A stretch of 63,374 nucleotides of DNA, from positions 1 through 63,374 of the forward strand of contig PAJM01000036.1 in assembly GCA_002706065.1 (NCBI GenBank), in the 5' to 3' direction. Below the pieces are notes generated by a model. It saw nothing but the letters and a program-made list of their open reading frames with translations. It had not been told where the DNA came from and did not search any database. Of the stretch, positions 28,371-37,980 are shown in pieces; within the stretch, counting starts at the first letter, position 1, and every line of letters begins with the position of its first letter. The stretch is from Methanobacteriota archaeon (GTDB taxonomy: Archaea > Thermoplasmatota > Poseidoniia > Poseidoniales > Poseidoniaceae). The translations under genes and the position numbers were made by a program.

Positions 28371-29981
28371 ATGAGCGATGTTCCAATCCTTGAAGAGACG
28401 GACCGTACAACGGGACGTGATGCTCTTCGGAAGAACATACAGGCTGCAGTAGCACTTGCTGGAGCAGTACGCTCAACACTTGGACCGAAGGGTCTCGACA
28501 AATTGCTTGTTGATGATGAAGGTCGTAGCATGGTGACCAACGATGGGATTACTGTACTTGAATCAGCCAAGGTTGAACACCCGATTGCGCACATGCTGAT
28601 CGCTGCAAGTGCTACTCAAGATCAAACCGTTCGTGATGGAACAACATCAACCGTCCTCCTTGCCGCTGAATGGTTGCAAAATGCCTGGCATCTTGTCGTT
28701 CAAGGCGTCCATCCTGCGACGATTGCACGTGGATATCGAATGGCAGAAGCCTACTGCAAGGAACACCTCGATTCGCTGACGTTTGAAGCGAGTGAGGATG
28801 ACATTAAGTCAGCAACAATGACTTCACTTGCGGGCAAGTTGCACCAAAAGATGCAAACCACAATCTCGGCCTGTGCTGTAGAAGCTGCTGAAGCGATTAC
28901 AATGCACGCCAATGGAACCATCGTCGCAGACCCTACCCGCGTCAAAGTCATCACACGCAGTGGCCCATCGGTCGAAGAATCCAAACTGATTACAGGCCTT
29001 GCACTTCCAAAAAAGCGAGCACACGTGGAAATGCCTTCTTCCCTTGGAGCAGGTTCTGTTTTGCTGGTCGATGGTGGTCTCGAACTTCGATCACTATCGA
29101 CCGATGTTCAACTCAATGTTACGTCAACATCCGTGTTGCAATCGTTTCGAGAGGCTGAACAAGAGCGCTTGCTCGAACAAGTTCAGAAATTGGCCGATCT
29201 CAAAATAACCCTGCTCGCATGTCGGGAAGGAATTGATGACAGCATTCTTGCTCACCTCTCTGAAGCAGGAATCAAGGCCTTCCGCAGAGTTGCAAAGAGC
29301 GATTTGGAACTTCTTGCCAGGGGCTGTGGAGCGCGTCTTGTTCCAACCATCCATCAGGCCAAAAAGACGGACGTTGGCGTCTTCATCTCAAGTCAATGTG
29401 AACGTTGGGGAGACGTTGATCACTGGATTCTCGAAACCGATGAAGGTGGTGCCACCTTCGTTGCAACCGGTAGCACCGAAACAGTGGTTGGAGAGGTTGA
29501 GCGGTGTTTTGCAGACGCACTGGGTGTTGCTTGTCGATTAAAAGAAAATCCAAAACTTATCGCTGGAGGTGGTGCGACGTACATCGCTTTAGCCCGACGG
29601 TTACGGCGATATGCTGAAACTGTTCCTGGTCGAGAGCAACTCGCAATCGAGGCCTTTGCAGACGGTCTTGAAACCATTCCTCGTGTCCTTGCAGAGAATG
29701 CTGGAATGGATTCCATCGACACGCTCTTGCAAATCGTATCCATCCAGACCAACGACGATGATGATTCGATTGGGTTGAATGTTCTGACCCGTCAACCAGA
29801 AAACATGCGAACCTCCAACATTGTCGAACCGTCGCGTGTCTTGGAACAAGCCATTTCGGGCGCAAGCGAGGCCACAATCGCAGTCCTGAGAATCGATGAT
29901 GTCCTCTGGGCGAGGCAAGAAATCAGCGTACCCGATGATGTTCAAGCAAAACTCGATGGTTCTGCACCTGACCGTCGCTAA
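28371..29981 (+). CDS. Group II chaperonin (thermosome) subunit, divergent
   Basis: STLGPKGLDKLL, VTNDGITVL, RDGTTS, AGGGA, AIEAFADGLETIPRVLAENAG, LRIDDV. Confidence 0.9.
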   Translation: MSDVPILEETDRTTGRDALRKNIQAAVALAGAVRSTLGPKGLDKLLVDDEGRSMVTNDGITVLESAKVEHPIAHMLIAASATQDQTVRDGTTSTVLLAAEWLQNAWHLVVQGVHPATIARGYRMAEAYCKEHLDSLTFEASEDDIKSATMTSLAGKLHQKMQTTISACAVEAAEAITMHANGTIVADPTRVKVITRSGPSVEESKLITGLALPKKRAHVEMPSSLGAGSVLLVDGGLELRSLSTDVQLNVTSTSVLQSFREAEQERLLEQVQKLADLKITLLACREGIDDSILAHLSEAGIKAFRRVAKSDLELLARGCGARLVPTIHQAKKTDVGVFISSQCERWGDVDHWILETDEGGATFVATGSTETVVGEVERCFADALGVACRLKENPKLIAGGGATYIALARRLRRYAETVPGREQLAIEAFADGLETIPRVLAENAGMDSIDTLLQIVSIQTNDDDDSIGLNVLTRQPENMRTSNIVEPSRVLEQAISGASEATIAVLRIDDVLWARQEISVPDDVQAKLDGSAPDRR

Positions 29982-30014
29982 GTTCAATTCCTCGTGATTT
30001 ATTGAGAACCAGCA

Positions 30015-30042
30015 TATAAATATACAAAAATCGCGGGAGGGG
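30015..30042 (+). promoter_or_regulatory. Putative TATA box (TATAAATA, 30015-30022) and GGAGGGG RBS upstream of HMG-CoA synthase
   Basis: TATAAATA ends 22 nt before ATG 30044; purine-rich SD-like run at 30036-30042. Confidence 0.5.
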
Positions 30043-30043
30043 T

Positions 30044-31600
30044 ATGGTCAACGTTGGAATTGACGATGTAGCGATTCACTTTCCCCGCTTGTACATGGAC
30101 ATGCGAGACTTTGCAGAGATGCGAGGTGCAGACTACGGAAAACTGAACAAAGGCCTTGGTCTCAAAGCAATGGCAATTCCAGATGTTCACGAGGATACTG
30201 CAACCATGGGCGCCATGGCAGTAATGCGACTGATTGACCGAAATGGTATCGATCCTCGGGATATCGGCCGAATGTACCTCGGGACGGAATCTGCTCTTGA
30301 CGGCGCAAAACCAACAGCAACATACATTCTGGATATGCTTACACAACGCTATCAGGATCGATTTGGTGAAGATTGTTTCAGAAATTGTGACGTTGTCGAC
30401 ATGACCTTCGCTTGTATTGGCGCAGTTGACGCCCTCCACACAACTCTAGATTGGGCAGCACGTTCAAACGAAGACGATGATCGCATTGGAATCGTTATCT
30501 TTTCTGACAACGCAAAGTACGATCTTGAATCAAGCGGAGAGTACACCCAAGGAGCGGGCGGTGGTGCCTTGTTGATTCGACAAAACCCTCGCCTTCTTGA
30601 AATCCCAGACTGTTGGGGTGTCTCGACAACTCCAGTCCATGATTTCTTCAAGCCACGACGAAATGTAAGCATACGCTCCGTAATTACCAATGTCATGACC
30701 CTTGCTCAGGAGACTGGGCAATCGCTCAAGAAAGGAATTGTCGAGCGCATGGTCAAGCATCTTCCAGAGTCAACCGTGCGACGGCTCGGTATTTTCGCTC
30801 ACGGTGAAGAATCCGTAAGCGTTCATCGAGACGAGCCTGTTTTCGATGGCCAGTTCTCAAACCGATGTTACCAGCAGGCTGTCCGACAAGCATTCTACAA
30901 CTTCAGCCAACGAGCTGTTAAGCAGAAGCGCTGGGATCCCGAACTCGATACCCAATTTACAGAGCAATGGTCGCGAATCATCATGCATCTTCCGTACGCA
31001 TTCCAAGCAAAGCGGATGTTCCCTGATGTCTTCCGCCATGACCGAATGAACACCTCGATGTGGCCAGGTGTCGTCGAACAGATCGGAGAACAACCCGAAA
31101 AACCGGAAAGCGATGATCCACAAGCCATCATGGACTGGGAAAAAGAAATGGATGGATATCGGAGAGCGATTTCAAAGACACCTCAATATATGGAGTTCCA
31201 CAAGGAACGCATCGAAAAAGGTCAACGTGCTTCAAGTCTGATTGGAAATCAGTACACAGGTTCGATTTTCTTGGCACTCATGTCCACCTTCGAATCCGAT
31301 CTAGAAGACAACTCCTCACTCGAGGGAGAATTGTTTGGATTGTGCGGATACGGTTCTGGAGCCAAGGCAAAGGTGTTCGAAGGGAAGGTTGCGCCACGAT
31401 GGCGAGAAGTTGTTGCCCGATGGCAGTTGTTTGAACGTCTTGCTGGACGTGTCGCAATCGACCAAATCACTTACGAAAATCTTCACAAAGGACTTCAAGA
31501 GCAAAGCGTTGTTTCACCCCGTGGCGAATTCGCACTCGTTGAAATCGGAGAAGACGGTGCAAACGAAGGTGCTCGTACCTACAAGTGGATTTCACAGTGA
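30044..31600 (+). CDS. Hydroxymethylglutaryl-CoA synthase, long bacterial-type
   Basis: GTESALDGAKP (Glu), FACIGA (Cys), GEYTQGAGG, MHLPY (His), IGNQYTGS, GYGSGAKA. Confidence 0.92.
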   Translation: MVNVGIDDVAIHFPRLYMDMRDFAEMRGADYGKLNKGLGLKAMAIPDVHEDTATMGAMAVMRLIDRNGIDPRDIGRMYLGTESALDGAKPTATYILDMLTQRYQDRFGEDCFRNCDVVDMTFACIGAVDALHTTLDWAARSNEDDDRIGIVIFSDNAKYDLESSGEYTQGAGGGALLIRQNPRLLEIPDCWGVSTTPVHDFFKPRRNVSIRSVITNVMTLAQETGQSLKKGIVERMVKHLPESTVRRLGIFAHGEESVSVHRDEPVFDGQFSNRCYQQAVRQAFYNFSQRAVKQKRWDPELDTQFTEQWSRIIMHLPYAFQAKRMFPDVFRHDRMNTSMWPGVVEQIGEQPEKPESDDPQAIMDWEKEMDGYRRAISKTPQYMEFHKERIEKGQRASSLIGNQYTGSIFLALMSTFESDLEDNSSLEGELFGLCGYGSGAKAKVFEGKVAPRWREVVARWQLFERLAGRVAIDQITYENLHKGLQEQSVVSPRGEFALVEIGEDGANEGARTYKWISQ

Positions 31601-31614
31601 ATCCGAAATGATGT

Positions 31615-32583
31615 TCAGCGAACCTCTTGTTTGTTGGATAAGCCGTGCAACATCGCTTTGACCATCTCGTCCAAATCGTACGTCGGGGACCAATTCCATT
31701 CTTGTTTGGCGATAGATCCATCGACTGAATCTGGCCATGAATCTGCATACGTTTGACGTACGTCCGGAGAAAAATCACACGTGAAGCCATCCACCTCTTT
31801 TGCGATGGCTTGTGCAAGTTCTTCGGCTGTAAAGGATTGACAGTCGATGTTGTAGCCTGCTTTCGATGGCCCAAGTGTATCGACTTGGGCGTCCATCAAC
31901 ATCAGCGTTGCACGTATCGCATCGTCCATGTAGAGCATCGGTAGACGCGTGTCGGGACGAACAAAGCAATTGTAGTACCTGTCCTTTAGAGCAGCTTCGA
32001 AAATTTCCACTGCATAGTCGGTCGTTCCTCCACCTGCAGGTGCCTTGTATGAAATGAGACCAGGATAGCGGATACCTCGAACGTCAATTCCGTGCTTTTC
32101 CCAGTATTCCTGGGCGAGTAATTCCCCTTTCACCTTGGTCTCACCGTACACTGTTGTTGGGTTGAGGGCTGTAACTTGGGGAGCATGTTTTGGTGCATCT
32201 GGGCCGAAAACGGCGATGGAAGATGGGATGAATACGCGCAAGGAGCACTCCTTTGCTGCTTCGAGAACAGATATGGTTCCACCAACGTTGACTTTACGGC
32301 ACAACTCTGGATTCTGCTCGCCCGTAGCGGAGAGCAGTGCGGCGAGATGATAGATGGTACCGACTCCTTCTTGTCTGCACAGAGTGATGATCGCCTCGGT
32401 GTCCAACACATCAAGGAGAACATGTACACCTCCGTTTGTTGACGCCTTTGTGTTCTCTCCACGAATGTCCGAAGCAATCACATTTGCGGGTCCATGTTTT
32501 TCTCGCAATGCTTCAACGAGTTCGGTTCCAATTTGACCTAATGCGCCAGTGACCAGAATCTTGTCCGCTACAAGTCCCGGCAT
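31615..32583 (-). CDS. L-threonine 3-dehydrogenase, extended SDR type
   Basis: TGALGQIGTEL, HLAALLSATGE, PSSIAVFG, TVYGETK, GGGTTDYAV, LPMLYMDD. Confidence 0.85.
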   Translation of the reverse strand: MPGLVADKILVTGALGQIGTELVEALREKHGPANVIASDIRGENTKASTNGGVHVLLDVLDTEAIITLCRQEGVGTIYHLAALLSATGEQNPELCRKVNVGGTISVLEAAKECSLRVFIPSSIAVFGPDAPKHAPQVTALNPTTVYGETKVKGELLAQEYWEKHGIDVRGIRYPGLISYKAPAGGGTTDYAVEIFEAALKDRYYNCFVRPDTRLPMLYMDDAIRATLMLMDAQVDTLGPSKAGYNIDCQSFTAEELAQAIAKEVDGFTCDFSPDVRQTYADSWPDSVDGSIAKQEWNWSPTYDLDEMVKAMLHGLSNKQEVR

Positions 32584-32691
32584 ATGTTGCGCTAATTCTG
32601 ACGATACTTGAAACTAGAGATAGAACAAACTCAGTCTTGAGAGCCAATATTGATATGGTATGCGCGACGGGTAGAAATCCCGTTGATAGGC

Positions 32692-34314
32692 TTGAAGTAC
32701 GTAATTGTCAGCGGAGGGGTGCTCAGTGGACTGGGCAAAGGCGTCACTGCAAGCAGCATTGGCGTGCTCTTGAAGAGTGCTGGACTGCGAGTCACATCCA
32801 TCAAAATCGATCCGTATCTGAACAGTGATGCTGGCACAATGAGTCCATTTGAGCATGGCGAAGTCTTTGTTCTCGATGACGGTGGAGAGGTTGATCTCGA
32901 CCTCGGAAATTACGAGCGTTTCCTTGACCTCAACCTTGCTCGAGACAACAATCTCACGACTGGAAAAGTCTACTCGAAGGTACTGGATGCTGAGCGACGT
33001 GGCGATTATCTCGGAAAGACGGTGCAAGTCATCCCACACATCACCGATGCTGTTCAGGATTGGATCATCGACGTTGCAAAGCGACCCGCTGATGGAAGTG
33101 AAGAAACCCCTGATGTTTGCATTATCGAGCTTGGAGGAACGGTTGGCGATATTGAAAGTGCACCTTATCTTGAGGCACTGCGCCAATTCCAGTTCCGAGT
33201 GGGACGCGAGAATGTCACCTTTGTTCACGTCTCCCTTGTGCCTGTTTTGGGGCCTGTTGGAGAACAGAAAACAAAGCCAACTCAACACACTGTCAAGGAA
33301 CTGATGGGACTTGGCATTACACCAGATGTTCTGGTTTGTCGATCGAGTAAACCTCTCAATGATGAAACCCGACAGAAACTCTCTGCCTTCTGTCATGTCC
33401 ATCCCGATGCTGTCTTCTCCACGCATGACGTGCCAAACATCTACCACGTTCCATTGATGCTTGAAGAGCAAGGATTCTGCAAAATCCTTGACATTGATTG
33501 CAACAAGACGGGACTTCTTGCAGAATGGAAAGAGATGGCACATCGTCTCGATGAACTCACGGAAGAAGTGCATATCGCAATGGTTGGGAAGTACACCGAT
33601 CTTTCCGATGCTTACCTCTCGGTTATCAAATCTCTACAGCACGCAGCGATTGCGGTTGAGCGCAAGTTAACCATCGATTGGATTGAAGCCAGCGATTTGG
33701 AGGATTCCAACAACTCTGACGCATGGAACCTCCTTCGTAATGCACATGGTATTTTGGTACCGGGAGGATTCGGTGATCGAGGCATTGAAGGAAAGGTACT
33801 CGCAGCCCAATACGCTCGAGAAAACACCGTCCCCTACCTTGGCATATGCCTTGGATTGCAAGTTGCAACCATTGAGTTCTGTCGAAACGTTTTGGGCATC
33901 ACCGATGCGACGTCGACAGAGTTTGATGCTGATGCTGCGAATCCTGCAGTCATTTTCATGCCTGAAATTTCCAAAACACATCTTGGTGGTACGATGCGCC
34001 TTGGCTCACGACCAACCATCTTCCAAGTGAATGATTGTGTTGTGAAACGACTCTATGGCGGTCACGATTCAGTCAACGAGCGACACCGACATCGCTACGA
34101 GATCAACCCTGACCTTGTTGAACAAATTGAGGCTGCAGGGTTGAAATTTGTCGGTAAAGATGAGAGCGGACAACGATGCGAAATTTTCGAATTGGAAGGT
34201 CATCCGTACTACGTAGGAGTCCAATATCACCCGGAGTTCAAATCGCGACCAGGTCGCCCAAGTCCACCGTTCCTCGGATTGTTGCTGGCATCGAGTGGAC
34301 AAGCGCTACCTTAA
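32692..34314 (+). CDS. pyrG: CTP synthase
   Basis: [41 protein letters not shown]. Probable TTG start at 32692. Confidence 0.97.
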   Translation: MKYVIVSGGVLSGLGKGVTASSIGVLLKSAGLRVTSIKIDPYLNSDAGTMSPFEHGEVFVLDDGGEVDLDLGNYERFLDLNLARDNNLTTGKVYSKVLDAERRGDYLGKTVQVIPHITDAVQDWIIDVAKRPADGSEETPDVCIIELGGTVGDIESAPYLEALRQFQFRVGRENVTFVHVSLVPVLGPVGEQKTKPTQHTVKELMGLGITPDVLVCRSSKPLNDETRQKLSAFCHVHPDAVFSTHDVPNIYHVPLMLEEQGFCKILDIDCNKTGLLAEWKEMAHRLDELTEEVHIAMVGKYTDLSDAYLSVIKSLQHAAIAVERKLTIDWIEASDLEDSNNSDAWNLLRNAHGILVPGGFGDRGIEGKVLAAQYARENTVPYLGICLGLQVATIEFCRNVLGITDATSTEFDADAANPAVIFMPEISKTHLGGTMRLGSRPTIFQVNDCVVKRLYGGHDSVNERHRHRYEINPDLVEQIEAAGLKFVGKDESGQRCEIFELEGHPYYVGVQYHPEFKSRPGRPSPPFLGLLLASSGQALP

Positions 34315-35447
34315 GCCTCAAGCACTCGGATGACACGAGTCGTCCGGTAACCTTGAAGCAACTTCACAAATCGACGTTGCTGGAATTCTTCGTCCAAGGC
34401 AACATCTCCTGTATCGATTCTGACGCTGGAAAGCCCCAGCAGTTTCGAAGGTGTAGCAACACCAAGAATGGAATCCAATCCAATCGCTCGGAGCACATCA
34501 GGAGACAATTGGAGGTTGCCTCGCCCGATAAGGAAACCTTGCCCACCCATCGGGGAGAGCAACAGCAGTCGTGGACCATCATAGTTGACAAGATGCTCAA
34601 GCAATTTGGCTTCGTTCAAATCGGAATGAATCGTTCCTTTGTGTTGAATGTCAATGCCGAGGAGTGTCAATTCTACCCCAAGGTGTTCGCCCATGCGACG
34701 CAAGGTTCCACCACTTCCCCAAATCACCATCAACTCAGGATCGTCCTCAATCAGATTTTCGATGTGTTTAGCGAGCCCTTCGATGGTCTCGGCCTCACTT
34801 GCTCGCTCGACTTGTTCTTTCGCTCCTTGCATAAACCGTGGGCTGGATGGAGTCCATGCTTCACCGTACATGCGTACTTTCCATTCTCCTTGTTGGTAGA
34901 TCTCTTCATCGAGATCCATGACTTCTGTAATTGCAACCATCAAATCACCTTGAAGGAACGCAAGGAGTACTTCTGCTGCTGCATTCGGAGTTGTTGCGAA
35001 ACATCCTGAGTGCATTTTTACACCCGCCGGGACGCCAATCAATGGTGTATCGTTCTCATCAAGCGCGTTCACGACATCGCGTGTGGTTCCATCTCCGCCT
35101 GCATAGAGAATGGCATCCACATCGGCTGCGACCAAATCCAAAACGAGTGCAGCAGTATCTTCTGCGGTTGTTTCCGATGGCGAAACCTGTCGTTGCTCAT
35201 ACTCAACGCCCTGCAACCAATCACCGCCCATTCGGCCAGTCCATGCGACAAACGTTGGTTGTACACCAATTCGGTTCAAACTGGATTGTTGCAACTCGAT
35301 GAATTTGCTTATGCATTGTTGCATTCGTGGACCTGAGCGATCGACTGCACCCGCTTCACGAGCCTCTTTTGCTCGCCCGTCACTTCCTTTGAATCCCAAT
35401 CGGCCACCAAGACCTGCATCCGGATTCACAAGAATACCGATTCGCAT
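34311..35447 (-). CDS. ATP-NAD kinase / AcoX-like family protein
   Basis: [43 protein letters not shown]. Start at MRIGIL. Confidence 0.8.
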   Translation of the reverse strand: MRIGILVNPDAGLGGRLGFKGSDGRAKEAREAGAVDRSGPRMQQCISKFIELQQSSLNRIGVQPTFVAWTGRMGGDWLQGVEYEQRQVSPSETTAEDTAALVLDLVAADVDAILYAGGDGTTRDVVNALDENDTPLIGVPAGVKMHSGCFATTPNAAAEVLLAFLQGDLMVAITEVMDLDEEIYQQGEWKVRMYGEAWTPSSPRFMQGAKEQVERASEAETIEGLAKHIENLIEDDPELMVIWGSGGTLRRMGEHLGVELTLLGIDIQHKGTIHSDLNEAKLLEHLVNYDGPRLLLLSPMGGQGFLIGRGNLQLSPDVLRAIGLDSILGVATPSKLLGLSSVRIDTGDVALDEEFQQRRFVKLLQGYRTTRVIRVLEA

Positions 35448-35543
35448 GATTGTACACACGTTCAGTTCGTTTTCAATCATTGCTCTTGACCGTATCGAAT
35501 CAGACGACCGATGTTTTGATGTTGCATACCATCATGGCGTCTC

Positions 35544-35840
35544 ATGGTCAAACAATCCAAGCCAGACGAAATCGTTCTCGATGGCATCATGCAAGAAAGC
35601 ATGAAGGAAATGGGAAAGGGTGAAACGAGCGAAGTGGTAAAAGAGGACCAAAAACCAGTTGAAGCGCCACAAAACGAAAATGGAACACCCCAATTCGGAT
35701 TCAAACTTGGTCACATCGATACTCCAGACACGTTTATTGTTCAACCAAAAGAAAAGGAAGCAAAAAAGGATGGCAAAGAACAAGTCATTCTTGAACGGCC
35801 GAGTCAAGGTTTGGATGATGACATCGTCGTTGATTGGTGA
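35544..35840 (+). CDS. Small hydrophilic hypothetical protein
   Basis: 98-aa ORF filling the gap before thrS, ends DDDIVVDW. Confidence 0.55.
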   Translation: MVKQSKPDEIVLDGIMQESMKEMGKGETSEVVKEDQKPVEAPQNENGTPQFGFKLGHIDTPDTFIVQPKEKEAKKDGKEQVILERPSQGLDDDIVVDW

Positions 35841-35896
35841 TTTCAAGCGTCGCATTGATGAAGAGGACCGTCGAGGCGTTGGTAAGAGGCGTCCAT

Positions 35897-37924
35897 ATGT
35901 CGATGGTCAACGTTACACTCCCTGATGGAACAATCAACGAGTATGCCGCTGGCGTAACCGCTGGTGAAGTCGTGATTGATGCCCTTGGCAAGAAACATGG
36001 CTGTCTTGCTGCACGTATCGACGATGTTGAGCGAGACCTTTCAACAGAATTGACCGCTGATTGCAAGCTCGAAGGGATCCTAGCCGACAGTGATGCGGGC
36101 ATGTACATCCTTCGCCACAGCACTGCTCATCTTCTTGCTCAAGCGGTCCTGGAGCTGTATCCTGATGCCAAACCAACCATCGGACCTCCAATCGATCGCG
36201 GGTTCTACTATGATTTTGCGATGGAACCCATTGGAGAAAGTGATCTAAAGCCAATTGAAAAGAAGATGCATGAAATCGCTCGACGTAATCTGAAAGTGGA
36301 ACGCATTGAACTTGATGAACAAGATTTGCGCGACCACTTTACATCCAATCCGTATAAAATTGAGATTATCAATGACAAACTGGAGGCAGGCAGTGGCTCT
36401 ACGATTTACAAGCAAGGTGACTGGTATGATCTCTGCCTTGGACCCCACGTTCCAAGTACTGCAAAATTGATGTTTTGTCGGCTTACTTCAGTCTCCTCAG
36501 CTTATTGGAAAGCCGACCAATCCCGTGAGCAATTGGTGCGAATCTACGGAATCGTTGAGCCCACGAAAGATGCTCTGAAGGCAACATTGCACCGTATGGA
36601 GCAAGCGAAACTTCGAGACCATCGAAAACTCGGCAAGGATTTGCAACTCTTCCATGTTGATGAGGAGGTTGGCCAAGGACTGATTCTATGGACGCCCCGT
36701 GGCGCCATCGTTCGACAGCAATTACAGGATTTCATTTCGCATCATCTGCGTCGACAAGGATACGACCAAGTCTTCACTCCACACATCGGTAAACTCGACC
36801 TGTATCGTACCTCTGGACACTTCCCCTACTACCAGGAAAGCCAGTACCCTCCACTTGTAGAGCGAGATTTGATGAAGAAACTCGCTGATGAAGGATGTTC
36901 CTGCTCTGAATTGTCCAACATGATGAGTACAGGTGATATCGAAGGGTACATGCTCAAACCGATGAACTGTCCACATCACGTCAAGATTTACGCATCTCAA
37001 GCACGATCGTATCGTGATCTTCCACTCCGTCTTGCAGAGTTTGGGACCGTTTATCGGTGGGAACAATCGGGTGAAATTTCGGGTATGACGCGAGTTCGTG
37101 GATTCACACAAGACGACGCCCATCTGTTTGTGACCGAGGACCAAATTGCGGACGAAGTCATGGGATGCATTGAATTGGTTCAAACGATATTTGACGTTCT
37201 TGGTATGCACGACTACCGCGTTCGGGTTGGCTTACGAGATCCAAACAGCGACAAATACGTTGGCGAATCGGAACGATGGGATCGTGCTGAGGAAGCATGT
37301 CGATCCGCTGCCGCAAAACTTGGCGTCAATTGGTCAGAAGAAGAAGGTGAAGCTGCCTTCTATGGACCGAAAATCGACTTTGTGGTCAAGGATGTTATTG
37401 GGCGAGAATGGCAACTTGGAACCGTTCAGGTGGATTACAATCTTCCAGAACGGTTCGATTTATGGTACAAGGGTAGCGACGGTGAGAACCATCGTCCTGT
37501 AATGATTCACCGTGCACCGTTTGGTTCAATGGAGCGCTTCTGTGGCGTGCTTATCGAGCATTTCGCAGGAAAATTCCCGACTTGGCTTTCACCGACACAA
37601 GTTCACATCTTGACGATTTCTGAGAAGCACAAGGAGTTTGCATCACATGTCGCTCAGCAGTTGCAGCACGAGGGAGTTCGCGTCAAGATCGATGATGGGG
37701 ACGATACGATTGGCAAAAAGATTCGAACCCATCGCAAAATGCGTCCTGCTTACTTGATGATTCTTGGGGATGGAGAGATGAACAACAACTGTGTCTCGTT
37801 GCGTTCACGTACCGGTGATCAGGTCGCTGATATCCCTGTTGATCAATTCATCAGCGAACTCAAAAAAGAAATTGAAGATAAAATTTCAGAACCTGGTTTG
37901 GTTCCAACCAGTAAGGAAAACTAA
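35897..37924 (+). CDS. thrS: Threonyl-tRNA synthetase, bacterial type (TGS plus N2 editing domains)
   Basis: TLPDG (TGS), RHSTAHLLA, DLCLGPHV, RDHRKLG, KPMNCPHH, EAAFYGPKID, MIHRAPFGSMERF. Start at 35897 or 35903. Confidence 0.97.
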   Translation: MSMVNVTLPDGTINEYAAGVTAGEVVIDALGKKHGCLAARIDDVERDLSTELTADCKLEGILADSDAGMYILRHSTAHLLAQAVLELYPDAKPTIGPPIDRGFYYDFAMEPIGESDLKPIEKKMHEIARRNLKVERIELDEQDLRDHFTSNPYKIEIINDKLEAGSGSTIYKQGDWYDLCLGPHVPSTAKLMFCRLTSVSSAYWKADQSREQLVRIYGIVEPTKDALKATLHRMEQAKLRDHRKLGKDLQLFHVDEEVGQGLILWTPRGAIVRQQLQDFISHHLRRQGYDQVFTPHIGKLDLYRTSGHFPYYQESQYPPLVERDLMKKLADEGCSCSELSNMMSTGDIEGYMLKPMNCPHHVKIYASQARSYRDLPLRLAEFGTVYRWEQSGEISGMTRVRGFTQDDAHLFVTEDQIADEVMGCIELVQTIFDVLGMHDYRVRVGLRDPNSDKYVGESERWDRAEEACRSAAAKLGVNWSEEEGEAAFYGPKIDFVVKDVIGREWQLGTVQVDYNLPERFDLWYKGSDGENHRPVMIHRAPFGSMERFCGVLIEHFAGKFPTWLSPTQVHILTISEKHKEFASHVAQQLQHEGVRVKIDDGDDTIGKKIRTHRKMRPAYLMILGDGEMNNNCVSLRSRTGDQVADIPVDQFISELKKEIEDKISEPGLVPTSKEN

Positions 37925-37980
37925 TCCGGTTGAGTGCATTGATTCGCACTGCATAAAAGGGAACAAGGCTTGGGAAATGT

